Below, piece by piece: positions 1 through 11,754 of a stretch of 64,000 nt of DNA (positions are counted from its first letter, which is position 1; each line of letters opens with the position of its first letter). The notes beneath the pieces are model-generated. The model was not told where the DNA came from and searched no databases. It saw only the letters and a program-made list of their open reading frames with translations. The position numbers and the translations under genes are program-made. The stretch spans positions 1-64,000 of the forward strand of contig KZ538406.1 in NCBI GenBank assembly GCA_000934665.2, read 5' to 3'. This DNA comes from Catajapyx aquilonaris (lineage: Eukaryota).

Positions 1-749
1 CGGCCTGACCGTGCCATGTCCGACGTGCCTTGTCGACCACTGGGGAAATGGCATACCCAGTCCTTCACTGTCGAGTACGCCACGCAAGTGTCTCCATACA
101 CAGCCCTCATGCGTGTATGAATCTCCTTCGGTCCCGCTCCCTCTGCACACAGGAACTGAATTACTGCCCGTTCGTCCGCCTTGGACGCGCCTGATATGGT
201 GACGACATTTTTCGACTGTGTACCGCAGCTATTACGCAGTACACCGAGTTCACTCTTGGCCAGGTTGGTGACTGCTAATGTACCTCACAGCCAACCACAG
301 CAGCACCTGTCTCCGTGTCACCTGGCGACCTCCCGCGGCCGGGAAGGGAACTTATTGACTATACCTAATATTAAAAAATTTATATTTCATAATATGGCTG
401 CCCCCAGAGGGCATTTATGCCTATAGTGACAAATCGGGTGCTGCAAATTCCCTGGCAAAATATTTGAATTTTTGAATGATTTCGCCTCTATTTCCTATTA
501 TTGTAACCTATTTGAAAAATATTTATTACAACTCACGGCCGCCCCTAGAGACCGAGGCAATTGCAATCTCTGCCTAATGACACATTCGGCGCTGCTTCCA
601 GTCGTGTAATTATTTATTATTTATTCTTCGTTTACTTTTTTTTGTATGCCTAAAGCTGCCCCTTGAAATCTGCCACCCTAGGCAACTGCCTAGGTTGCCT
701 TGCCATAACTCACAGGTGGATATTGACAATTGGTCTTGTTGCTTTGCAG

Positions 750-1059
750 GAGAAAGAATCAACTTTGGCTGAACTGGCAGAAAAGGTGGATGTGAGCCAA
801 GGAACTGGCATGGCATCAGACTCATCCAGCGATTCCAGTTCTAGCTCCAGCTCCAGCGGATCTAGTTGCTCTTCCAGTGAGAGTGAGAGTGGGGACAGCG
901 GACAGGAGTCACTCTCGGAGCGAAAGAAAAAGAGGTATTATTTTTTGCTGGCAATTTGACACAAGTTGATCATGACTCAGAAGTTCTTTTTTATCCACTC
1001 TGCTCATCTTCTTTCACAGGAGGAAACTCACCCACACACCTCCACATGAATACAGATAA
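750..1059 (+). CDS. Last two coding exons of an upstream gene with a Ser-rich, basic C-terminus (possibly ZCCHC10-like)
   Basis: Exon 750-934 (ttgcag|GAG...AAG AG|gtatta) and phase-matched exon 1020-1059 (tttcacag|G AGG...TAA) give [74 protein letters not shown]. The poly-Ser tract followed by a KKKRRK end recalls ZCCHC10, but the diagnostic zinc knuckle would lie outside the window. Confidence 0.55.
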
Positions 1060-2754
1060 CATGATGCACTTGCTGTTGCAAAAATGTAGGCAGCTATCTT
1101 AGTTTTTCAAAGTGAAAAACTTGGGATTAATGGTACATCTCTCGTTGCAGATGAAACAAGACTCAGCCTTTTGAAAAGTAATACGACCAGTATCTTCCTG
1201 CCGTTAATGACAGCATTAGCCTTGTGATACAAAAGGTTTCCAACTTTTTTACTGCTATCTAAAACAGTTTGCATATCAGCAGCAGATGTTATTTTGCTAA
1301 CATGAAGGCAAGCTGGGATCTTTTTAAAAAAATCATTTTTCTTTTTACCTGCATTATCTTAAAGCAGCAACAATATTATTGTTGAGAAGTGAAGTTGGAC
1401 TTGGTGGCAGAGTGAACCCTGCCGTGGCTGTGAGGGATTGAAGGGGAGGGGGGAAGGGGGGGGGATTATTTGCAAGGAATGCGATTGACTGAATTTCTTC
1501 CATGAAGTTTAATAATTTGTTTTTCATATCTGGGGGTGGAAAAAATATATTGCTGTACAGGATGTGTTTTTTCCAAGAATCCATTAGTCCCCATGTGCCA
1601 TTTAGAATGAGTCTTCAATACATGTGCCTTAATACCAAACTGTAGTATTTTTTTATCATCCTACATTGGCAAAATGGCATTTACAGCATTTTTTGGATAC
1701 TCATGATTTAAAAAAAAACTCTTTTTAAAGTGTGCAGTTGATAAGAATCTCTAGTGCTTACTTGCACACATAGTGCTTTTTATGTGACTAGGGGGGCAAC
1801 TGCGTACTTGAGCAGTTGTGGTTGCTGTAAGCATGCATCAGTGCCTCAGAGGCATTGCAGTGGTCAGGTGTGGCGACTTTTCATTGACAGATTGTTGCGT
1901 AATTGAGTTTACAATTTGAGACTCTTGGAGTGTCCTTGAGTGCTTTTTCTCCCCTGGTAATTGAATGGCTTAGATATAAAGGCACTCATCCAAATGTATG
2001 AAAGTAAAGATGACAAGTTCGGAAGTACACTTATAAGAAAAGAAAGGGCAGTGGCTTTTGAATTGTGAAAGATATGATAAAAATATATTTCCAAAGTCTT
2101 ATGAACATTCTCATCTGTCATTGGAATTGTAATTATAAATTATAAAGCCTGCACCACGAGGAAATATGAAATCCTTTGTGTGAGAGCAGTGGACAAAAAA
2201 AAAAAAGTCTTCTGCAATCTCCCAATCATATCAAACTTTTGTGAAAGTTCTTAATGCTAAGTCATTGTAACATGACATGGTGCATGAATTGACAGGCATT
2301 TACATGTACATTACTGGATCACCCTGGAGGTATGAATCACACTGCAGGTTGCCACTGTTCGTAAATATGCACATTTGTGAAAAATCTGTATTGCCTGTTT
2401 TCAAGGTATAACAGGTTTGTAACTGAAACTTCCAGCTGCAGAAAGATCTGGGCTTTCCTGTGATATCAATCTTAAGCTTCTAAGTTGATGAGATCTCGGG
2501 AAGATATGAAAATCTAATAAGGTGAAATGTGATGGTGTTTAATCATCTAACAGGCTCCAAAAATGTTGTGGTGGGTATTCCGTCATGAAAATAAAGCTTC
2601 CAGTGATCTGCATATTATCCTTTTCTCATAGCTACGTGTGATTATGCCACACTTGTATTGTGTAGTGACAGTTACAGTTGTTTGAAATATGATTTTGGTG
2701 TGGTGCAAAGCACTCTGAGTGCACCTGTCAAGTACACACTGGCCAGGAGAACTG

Positions 2755-2926
2755 AATGTGTTTGCATGTGAACAATTTGATCGCTTGATGTCATCGCTGA
2801 GCGATAACATCGCTGAGTAACCAGAGTTACGATTGTTACCGTGATTGTTACTTTTGCCCCAAGCAATTGGATTCATCGCTTAGCGATGACATCGTGAGAT
2901 CAAATCGTTCACATGTAAACGCACCT
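2755..2926. mobile_element. Degraded PIF/Harbinger-like MITE
   Basis: Imperfect inverted arms of about 50 bp: gtgtttgcatgtgaacaatttgatc...tcatcgctgagcgat and atcgcttagcgatgac...gatcaaatcgttcacatgtaaacgcacc. The right end reads GGTGCGTTTACATG on the - strand next to TTA/TAA. Confidence 0.6.
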
Positions 2927-3515
2927 TTAAGGTGCATTTTCCCCATGCAACTCCATCTCCTCTTTTACAGTCAGGGGCCTACATTACTAATAACAGGCTT
3001 ATGGAACATTATTACTGCTACTAATGTGAGCTAAATTCTTTTACATGCAAGATGCTTTCACAAAGCATTGCTGTCATTCCATTCTAAACTGCCTTATTCT
3101 CCAATCATTGTTCCATACACTTACAAAGCTGTGATGGTGGTTGTCGTCAAACTAGAAAATATTAGTAGATTGGCAAATGGAACTGGCTCTAATAGCAAAG
3201 GAACCCTGAACTCTGCTACTTGGTGACATAGTCATCCTAAATTCAAGTGACGTGCTTCCAGTAGGAAGGTGGGTGAGGCGGGGTGTTGTGAGCTTTTTTT
3301 TCAAGCACACAAAAATTTAATCATGGTTCTGAGTAGAGGAAATGCCAAAAAATTTGGAATTTTGCAATTTTTTTTGCATGTATTATTACCACAGGAGATG
3401 CCACTAATCCGGGATAATTTTTATCCAATTTTTTTGTTAGCAAAGGTCAATAATGTCAGATTTTTAGAGTTGCAATATGTTGTTCACTGAGGTCCAGTTG
3501 CATCACTTCCAGAAA

Positions 3516-3778
3516 TTGAATAGCCCAACAGAACAAGGGCCACAACTCCATTTCCAATAGAACAAGGGCCGTACTCCGTAGAACCGGCCCCCTGCTTTGC
3601 TCATGGGTCCTATTGGAGTGAAAATTGCAGGATAGGATGCCATGGCGATTTTAAGCTTATTCACTTTACTTCCCCACGTGTTCCTCAAATAATTTACAAA
3701 TGGAGATTTTTTTTTCTTATACCCCCACCTTTTTTCCACCATGATGGAGCTTGTTGCTTGTTCTGTTGGGCTATTCAA
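3516..3778. mobile_element. MITE with 22-bp perfect terminal inverted repeats
   Basis: ttgaatagcccaacagaacaag (3516-3537) and cttgttctgttgggctattcaa (3757-3778). No clear TSD; superfamily unassigned. Confidence 0.65.
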
Positions 3779-4299
3779 ATATTACACCTGCAAAATGGCC
3801 AGAAAAGTTCGTTAGTCATTGCTAGTGGTTTTCTAGAGGCAGTGCAAAGGACCTAAAAGTGATATGTACTGTACGTAATAATATAATTCATTTTTCAAAA
3901 CTTGTTAGTGGTTACCACAGAAGGCACCCTTCAAATAAATGTAATACAACAGGGAACCATGTATTCGTACATATTAATTTCATTAATTATTATTCCTATT
4001 TTGGTGACTTTGCAACTCTAAATATATCAGTCATCAGTTGCCAACATCTACCATTAGCAAGTTGCTGAGAATTATTTAAGGATTCTGGAATCTGTGGCTG
4101 TCTTACTCCAAAATGGTGGTGTGGCATCTTGATTTTCGCAATCTAATTATTGCACCATTACATTATGCCACTTGCAGTGTCGATGTACTGTGGCTATGCG
4201 AAATAAGGTTGTTACCAAATGATTGAAATGATTGCATTAGTATTGGCTTACATGTAGACTGCCTTATGACACCGACGGTCTAGAGTAGTTAGTATAGTG

Positions 4300-4372
4300 A
4301 TGTTGGGTGGAATTTTTGTCCCACTGCTAGTTACTGCTAACTTAGCAGTACCTAGCAGTGGGACAAAAAATC
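4300..4372. repeat. Hairpin-forming interspersed repeat, with a second partial inverted copy near 14053-14133
   Basis: tttttgtcccactgctagttactgctaa-c-ttagcagtacctagcagtgggacaaaaaa. The related sequence ctgctaagttagcagtaactagc...aaaattccacccaa occurs at about 14068-14125. Confidence 0.65.
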
Positions 4373-7300
4373 TATCTGGATACCAAAGTTTGTCTTAACC
4401 TTTGCATCCAACTCAGAGCTGTGTCTAGACACACACTTCAATACCGCCGAATACTGCAATGACATGTAAATCATATAGCAAAATTTTGTCTAGACTATAA
4501 TTTGCAAATCATGCCACGAAACTCCAAGCACTGGGACAGATGTCAGTTGCAGGTTATGCGCACACGGTTTTGTGTACATGCACGCGCATAAGTTATAGTC
4601 CATGTATGCACGGCCACTTTTGCCATGAGCATCTGCAAAGGCGGCGCATTAACCATGGCCAAATAACCCATGTGTGTTCTCATATTAAGATCCTAATTGG
4701 CCGTCCTGCATGTGGAGGTAAAGGGGGTCATTTTCCTGATGCAGCATTTAGGGAATTGAACGTACTGTACATGATACCGAGGCAATTACAATAGGACAAT
4801 TAAACATTTTGTTATATTTGCGCATCTCCATGGAAACGTGAGAAGTGGGAGGTTCCATAATAATAAGCAACTGCATAATTTGTGTTAAATAATTTTAGCA
4901 GTGGAAATAATGCAGCCCTGCAAAAATTTAGCATGTTTTCATGACAACTGCGGTTTGCCATCTAATGCAAGGCAAGCAGACAATCATATTTTTGGTGCCA
5001 TTTTCTGCCTCATCCACAGTGTGTCACTGTAGAAACAGACATCCTGAAAACAATAGTGGACAAGGGTTGTTGCTTGCTACCGCCCATTGTCACCTGCCTG
5101 CCATCCACATTCGCAGCCGTTCAATTTTCGTAATCGCATCATTTCCAGCTGATTTTGATCGGAAGGAGCGCGTGGTTTCCAAGCCTCGTCCTTCCGAACC
5201 GTCGGTGGCCCCTATTTCCAGGCGTGTAAGGGGGCTGCGGCGTTTTGTATCCAACGATTTGGTGTGGGCAAGTGGTGTCGGCGAGGAAGAGCGGCCAGCA
5301 GCAGACGGGCCCAGACCACCCCGAGAGGAGCACGGGGCGGGCGATCTCCTGAGCGGGCTCCTGAGTGGGCAGACGGAGGCAGAGGGACACGCACGTCCGG
5401 CCCTCCCAACCCACCGCTCGAGCTGGACGGGGGGGGCACAGGCCGGAACCGCCTATTGGCCCGGGGGCCGCCCCTGGTGCCAACACCACCACCACGCTGG
5501 GGCCTGGGTAGGTTGACCAGCAGTGGGATCAATCCCTATCATGGACGTTAAGGCTAGCTGCAACATTATGCTCAGAAAGCGATGCATGTCGGATGCACCG
5601 CATGTGTCTGTACAGGTTTTTGGGACAGATATAATTATATCTACTGGATATATGACAAGGCTGCTGCCCTGTCATGGTAAATGTCGGCGGTGCTTTTTAA
5701 TGATTGACGCCTTTCTCTGCTTGCCCACTTATAAAAAGTAAATGGCGAGCCCAATTTGGGCATGGCAGGACCATTTGTACACAGTAAAACCATTTGGGGC
5801 TGTGGGCTGAAGGTGTTGGTGAAGATAATGTAGGCGGCAAGTGCGTTATGAATGGGCAAGTGTGGTTTTACGAGTAGTGTCTCATAGCATATAATGAAAC
5901 ATAGTTGTTGATGTAAATGTGGAAGATGTCACAACAACCTGACCTGAGCTAACATGTCTGTATAACAAACCCTGGACAGCCAAAACTTGTCAATTATGAA
6001 GCCTCGGCTTTATCCATTGTAGAGCATTTTCACTAATTTATTGCCACTCATAATACTATAAACATGCTGAGTGCAGCAGAATGCCATTCTGCTATGAGCC
6101 CAATGTGAACAAGAGCTGTTGGAATATTGTGTCATAGGTATGTTATTTGGGGGATGGCTTTGTGGTCTAATCAAGAGATCTTAACTAAACAGATAAGTCA
6201 GGGCCATAATATTTGTTGTGTTGATTCAAGTGTGTCATCGCAGCATATTTAGATAGGCAGGATTTCAGCTCTAATGCATTTCTCTTCTCTTCCGCAGGAC
6301 AGGTGTTCCCTACCCTCTGCGCATACATGTGGATATGAGCCTTCAAAATTGTGTGTGCATGTGTAATGAAGTGTGAAGGAGACACCAGTCAACCTTTTCT
6401 GTATGACACAAGTATTCGTTTGTGACGTTGAGGTGAACAAGTAGGACCAATGGATGACACAAGCGTACGGGTAGCGGTGCGGTGAGTAAAACCAAGACCT
6501 TTCGTAACAAATGTTACTGACCACAACACAGATATGATTGTAATCAGGCAGGTTGTTATTGATGCCGTAGCTGACATTCCGAGGATTTTTTATTACATCT
6601 GGAACTAATTGTGGAATGTGTGGGGAATTTTTAGACCTGACAGGATGTAGACCCACTTTCAAAATGGGATGAATGGAGCACGTTAAGGGGCGCTGTTTTA
6701 GCCGCCTGTCTTCTCTAAAGTGCATGCAAGGTGCATTGGTGCAAGCAGCAGAGTGGGGTCAGGCAGTGCAAGGCACGTTGGCTCTCCTGAATGGAATTTC
6801 TTTTAAGGGGCATTCCGAGCTGGTGGTTTCCCTTCCTCCTTGTCCAGCCAAGCGAGCTCTCATTGCTCTCGCGGCCTCCAGGAAGCTTTCTTTCTCGCTT
6901 CTGCGAAGTCTTCTTTCCATGACAGCAAGTGTTACAGATTCTTGAGCGTGCGCCTCTCAGGCCAAGCAAGGGCTCTCAAAGGTGTTTTTTTTTTCTCTCT
7001 CTTTTTTCCACTTGGCCGTGAAATTTTGCAGTGAGGGACTGTTAATATGAGGGACTCAAATTTGATTCTGACTAATTGAGTACTTTTCATCAAATTATGT
7101 GAGGTCATGTTTATAAGTGGAGAGGAAATTACACCCTGGGGCTGAGATGCTGATGAAGTGAACACACAGGTTTTTTAAATGAAATTTTGCGGGATAAGTT
7201 GGGGCTCCTCGCAGCAATGAATGGGCACAATGAATCCAATTAAGACTTTTCCTGAGGCCTGGAAGATGATGCACAAATGCCCTTAGCGGATGGGGTCTGA

Positions 7301-10300
7301 GAGCATTGGATGGGTTTAGACACACAGAATTGGACTACTTCCAGCATATCCTTCCAGCGGATAAGGCAGTAATAATGTCAGATGTGAATTTCAATTTCTC
7401 ATCCACCGAGGAAATTGAAAAAAGTTTTGGTAATAATCGGGGGGGTCGTAAGTGTTTTGCCGCCGTGTTGTTGTGACATCTGCGCAAGATATGGGAAAAG
7501 TTCCTCACATAAAGGAGAAACTTGGAGGAGGGACGAAGTATCATTGTTGTGGATTCACGGAAAGTGCACGGTTTCTGAAGAAGTGGCATTCAAATAGTGC
7601 AAAGTTTCCCAGCATTTTAATGAAAGTTAAGCCACCGGATTTGATGTCATATGGGGGAAGCGTGCGTCTCTCCAAAGGAATTTAAGTTGAAGCATATAAA
7701 CTTGCAGCAGTTACTGTTTAGAATGTTGCCTTAAAGTTGTACAGCGGATAGAGAGCGCAAGTATGCATATGTGAGCAGTGCATTGGACTCCCTTGTGAAT
7801 CGACCTGTAGGTCTTATGGATATGGAAGCGCCAATTGCACCCAAACGTATTATGCAACTAGGAACCTCGTTTGCATAAATTAATGGCAGTGCTGTAATCG
7901 CCTAGTGCGTGCTCTTTTTTTTATTATACCGGCGTCAAATGCCCCGTGTAATATCCTTGTAAAGCCGTGCACTATTTTTTGAAAAAAGGCAATACCATTG
8001 TCCACCTCCATCTACGTCTTGCGGGCATTACGTAAGAGCGTCCCAAAGAGGGCCAACCTTTCACGTGTCATTCATTGCCATGTTTCGCCGTAAACAGCTG
8101 ATCAAGGTCGTTATACCTCATTCCTAATAATATGCGACCTCAAACCCCTTGCCTCATTACAAACAAATAGCATAAACATCCCGAAAGCCAAGCTCCCTGA
8201 CAGGATTAATTAGACGGAGTTTACCTGAGGGGGGGCCCTCCGAGTGTGTTTTCTACCATTTAAAAGTGGGCACGTCTTGAAAACCGCCTACATTTACAAG
8301 TAGCCCAAGGTGAGACAACCTCCTCCCCCAGTTACCCCCATCACGTCACCCTACCTCAAGCCCCGGCTCGTACTTATGTATTTATTATACGCCATCGCCA
8401 CAACCGGTCTTGCCTCAACAAGAGTCGGGTTTGTCCACACGTGTCCGTCCCTTCGTATTATTAGTAGTACACACACAGAGTCGTGCGTATCTTGCCACGC
8501 ACTCTGTATGAATGGGACTGTTGATGGCTAGGGATTGCGGCTGGTCAGTTTAATTTTCAAAACACCCAGCATTTGAACCTTGCAGACGACATGTGCCGCT
8601 CCCATACGTATCTGTAGGGTTTACTTTTTATTATATTATTCTGAGAGGATCATGAGTGTGGGCGTATGCAGTTGCGTAAGTGGATAAATCCAGCGAGAAG
8701 AAGAAGCTTAGTCCTTGACATCGAATTGAGGGGGACGCCCTTTTGGTTCGGAGGACAGGTGGGCTGCTTGCTGCAATGGGTGAAGAAGGAGAAAAAAAAG
8801 TATACAGAGAGAGGCGTGGGATTAAAATGCGTGGGTGCAGCGAGGTTGAAACACACGCTATGGCATATCATTAAAGTGCGGAAAAAAGAGCCACATTGTC
8901 ACTGGTTGCAACCAGCCAAAGCAAAGGGGGAAATCACGTTGCCGCACTTTTAGGAATCTGGATGATGACAGCCTCTGTCGATTCCGTTTAATTGCTGCAA
9001 TATGCGTACATTTGAGGTAACTAAATGTGAGCGGAAAATGGACATTGCGTCAGCTTCCTGACGTGTGGTAGAAAGGAATTTGCAGGTTCATGCAAACAAG
9101 AGGCTACCTACACAGCGAATTTGATCATGTTTGAGGGGTATACCCTTGAGAGTTAATTTTTGGAGGAGATCCTGTCGACTTGAGAAGGGTTTCATTAGAT
9201 CCGCAAGGATGGGTTTGTAGAAGCAAAAGAGGAAGTCGCGGAGGAGGATGGGGGGTAGGATCCCTCCGCAACATCACGATCTGTCCATTCCTACTATGCG
9301 CCATGGAGGGGGGGGGGGGGGGGAGGNGAGGAGGATGACGTGTGGTGCTGCAAAAGCGCGGTTTCCCCTTTGGCAGCATCGCAGATTGAGATTGAGATTA
9401 CTTAAAGGAGGTGGGACGGACCCAGAAGGAATTTCACGGTTTCCAGATGGGCTTTTTTCATGTGCAGAAAATTGCTGGACGACACAGTGTCACCTGAAAC
9501 TGCCACGTGTTCTAAATTTTTTTGGGTACCTCTGCTAGAAAGAATCAAGCTGGGGCTCGTGGGAAACTAAGGAGTGATCCCTGGGAGACTTGTAGACTAC
9601 TGGAACGACCCTGAAAGAGGAAGGGGCCATCATTTTCTCACTCCCTTGGTTGGCCCTTTAAAAGTTTGCGAACCATAACTGGGAATAACTGCGGATGAAG
9701 GACGCACCTTTGCCTGTTATAAGTCATCCAGGCTGGTGATATATTGCTCTGTCACGAAATGACGACGATCAAGTGATAAGCCAACCGACTCTAATAATGA
9801 AAAATCCCACCAATCGGATGCTGAAAGTAAGCCGAGTACACCCATTTCTCACTGGGTGTACCTGGAGCTGTTCCTGTGTGAAGGTCGCACCTTCTTTTAA
9901 ATGCCACACTCTCGAAGCACATGCCCGTAATTACTGGTCCAAAAGAAGGAAAGAAGAGTGGGGCTGGGAAACGAATGGATTAATTATCGAGTCTGGAGAG
10001 CAAGCCCTGCATACTTAGGACGGGCATTGTTTGGCATGCATCGCCTGTACACAAACCGAAATGGGGGCACACCCATTCTGGCAATAAATCCGCCCTCGGG
10101 TTATGTTGGGTGCAAGTTGTAAGATGAGAGTGCCCATCTTGTGTGTATGTGTGTGGGGTGGGGTATGTAGAGGGATGAGGAGGGGAGAGGGGAGGGGGAG
10201 AGGGAGAGAACTCCACAACCTATCGATCCGGTGCATTGCATGGATTCCTAGCCTACAAAACCTTGCTTGCTCTGCTGCTATACTACTGCAGCCACACTGT

Positions 10301-11754
10301 TGGAGAGAAAAAAAACAAACAATTATGACTAGTCGCATCATCCTCGAAAAGGGAGACGTGGGATGCTGAGACAAGAATACAGGAGTCGGCAGTCCCATCT
10401 CGATGCCAACTTCCGGGGTTCCTCTTTTTCGGCGGACTTGACCGGCCCTCTCTGTTCTCTAGAGGGGGTATAATTATAGAGCTCCAGGTCCTCTGCTTGG
10501 GAAGCATGGTTTTATAGGGCTCGCGATATTCCCATCAGATGAGGGGGGGTTAGGCCAGATTAACATCTCTGGAAGGGCACTCGTGCATTACAGCATCGTT
10601 TTCTCCCTTATCTTAATGGCGACCTCTAAAATTGCAGTGTTCCCCAGCTGGAGTGTTGACCTCCAGGATCGGGTTTTTAAGGCCGGGTGCTGTTTATGCA
10701 TTCGTTTAGAGTGGTGTCTGGGGCCGATTGCGATTGATGGCTTGGAGACTGATGCAAATGTGTCTCGGTGGCGACTCCTAGGGCACCCTGCTGATTGAGA
10801 GGGTGGTTTAATAAAATCAGATAAACGAAGAGTTGGCAGAGAGGAGAGGCCGGAAGTACGGAGTGGGGGAGGTGAATGTCTCCTGGGTTCTGCCTTTGCC
10901 AGCCTTTCCTTCCAGCTGCGCCCCTTTCATTTCAAGATCAATATTAAAAGGTTTTCCCCCCCTCCACAACTGTATAGGACTGGGGTTGTGCCAGAGAGCC
11001 GTATGCCCTTCAATTATTGCCACGGGCTCGTTTTCTGGCACCTTGACTCTCCATGCCTTGCCAGCATCATTATTTTGGCGGAACCAGATTTAGGAAGGCT
11101 GAAATAATTATTGCAGGAGGACGTAAATAGCTTCCCACAGAGTCAATATTGTTGTTACCTTTGGAGCCGGTAAAAATGCGGGATGATTCAGTCAGGCACC
11201 AGAAGTCAGTGTGGATTACTTATTCATAATGATTTCATCAACTCCAGCTGTGAGATCTGCAAGGAGAAGGATCGCTTGAGCACAGTGTGAATTATTCATG
11301 CTTTGTGCAGCACAGTTGACACCATTACCTGTCACTTGAATTAAACCTTCATGACCCAAAATAAAAACAGCCTGCTTCTAAATTTAGTTTCGAAAAATTA
11401 TTTACAGCCTTCCTGTCATTCTCCTAGATTTGAGTTGCAGGCATTCCACGTAGTTAGCTATTTAACATTCCTATCTTGAGATGTGGTCTTGATATTACAG
11501 CATCTTACCTTCCATGCCAGCCAAGTGTCATTGATTTGCAATTGATGCTCCCACCATGAATACACAGTATTTATACAGTATATCTATATGTACTCTCCTA
11601 TCATCTGTCCTTGGAAATCCAAGTGATATGAATTAACCTGTAGCATTTATCAAGGCAATATTCTACATTTTTGGAAGAAAGACGTTAGCATGAGGATTAT
11701 TGAACTAACACATTCTACTGACAGAGCACTGATTGATATTTCTTTTCTGAACAG

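Noticed and set aside
1..700. CpG-rich start with hAT-like end fragments (..cacattcggcgctg at 594; ggcaactgcctaggttgcc)
   Set aside because: Probably transposon remnants, but no paired TIR or TSD is visible in the window, so not called.
1833..1867. ATG...GIAVVR with phase-2 AG|gtgtgg as KIF21 exon 1
   Set aside because: Weak donor, and the register does not match the V-x-V-A-V-R strand.
6298..6366. Good acceptor (ttctcttccgcag) followed by a short ORF
   Set aside because: No recognisable product and no supported upstream partner.
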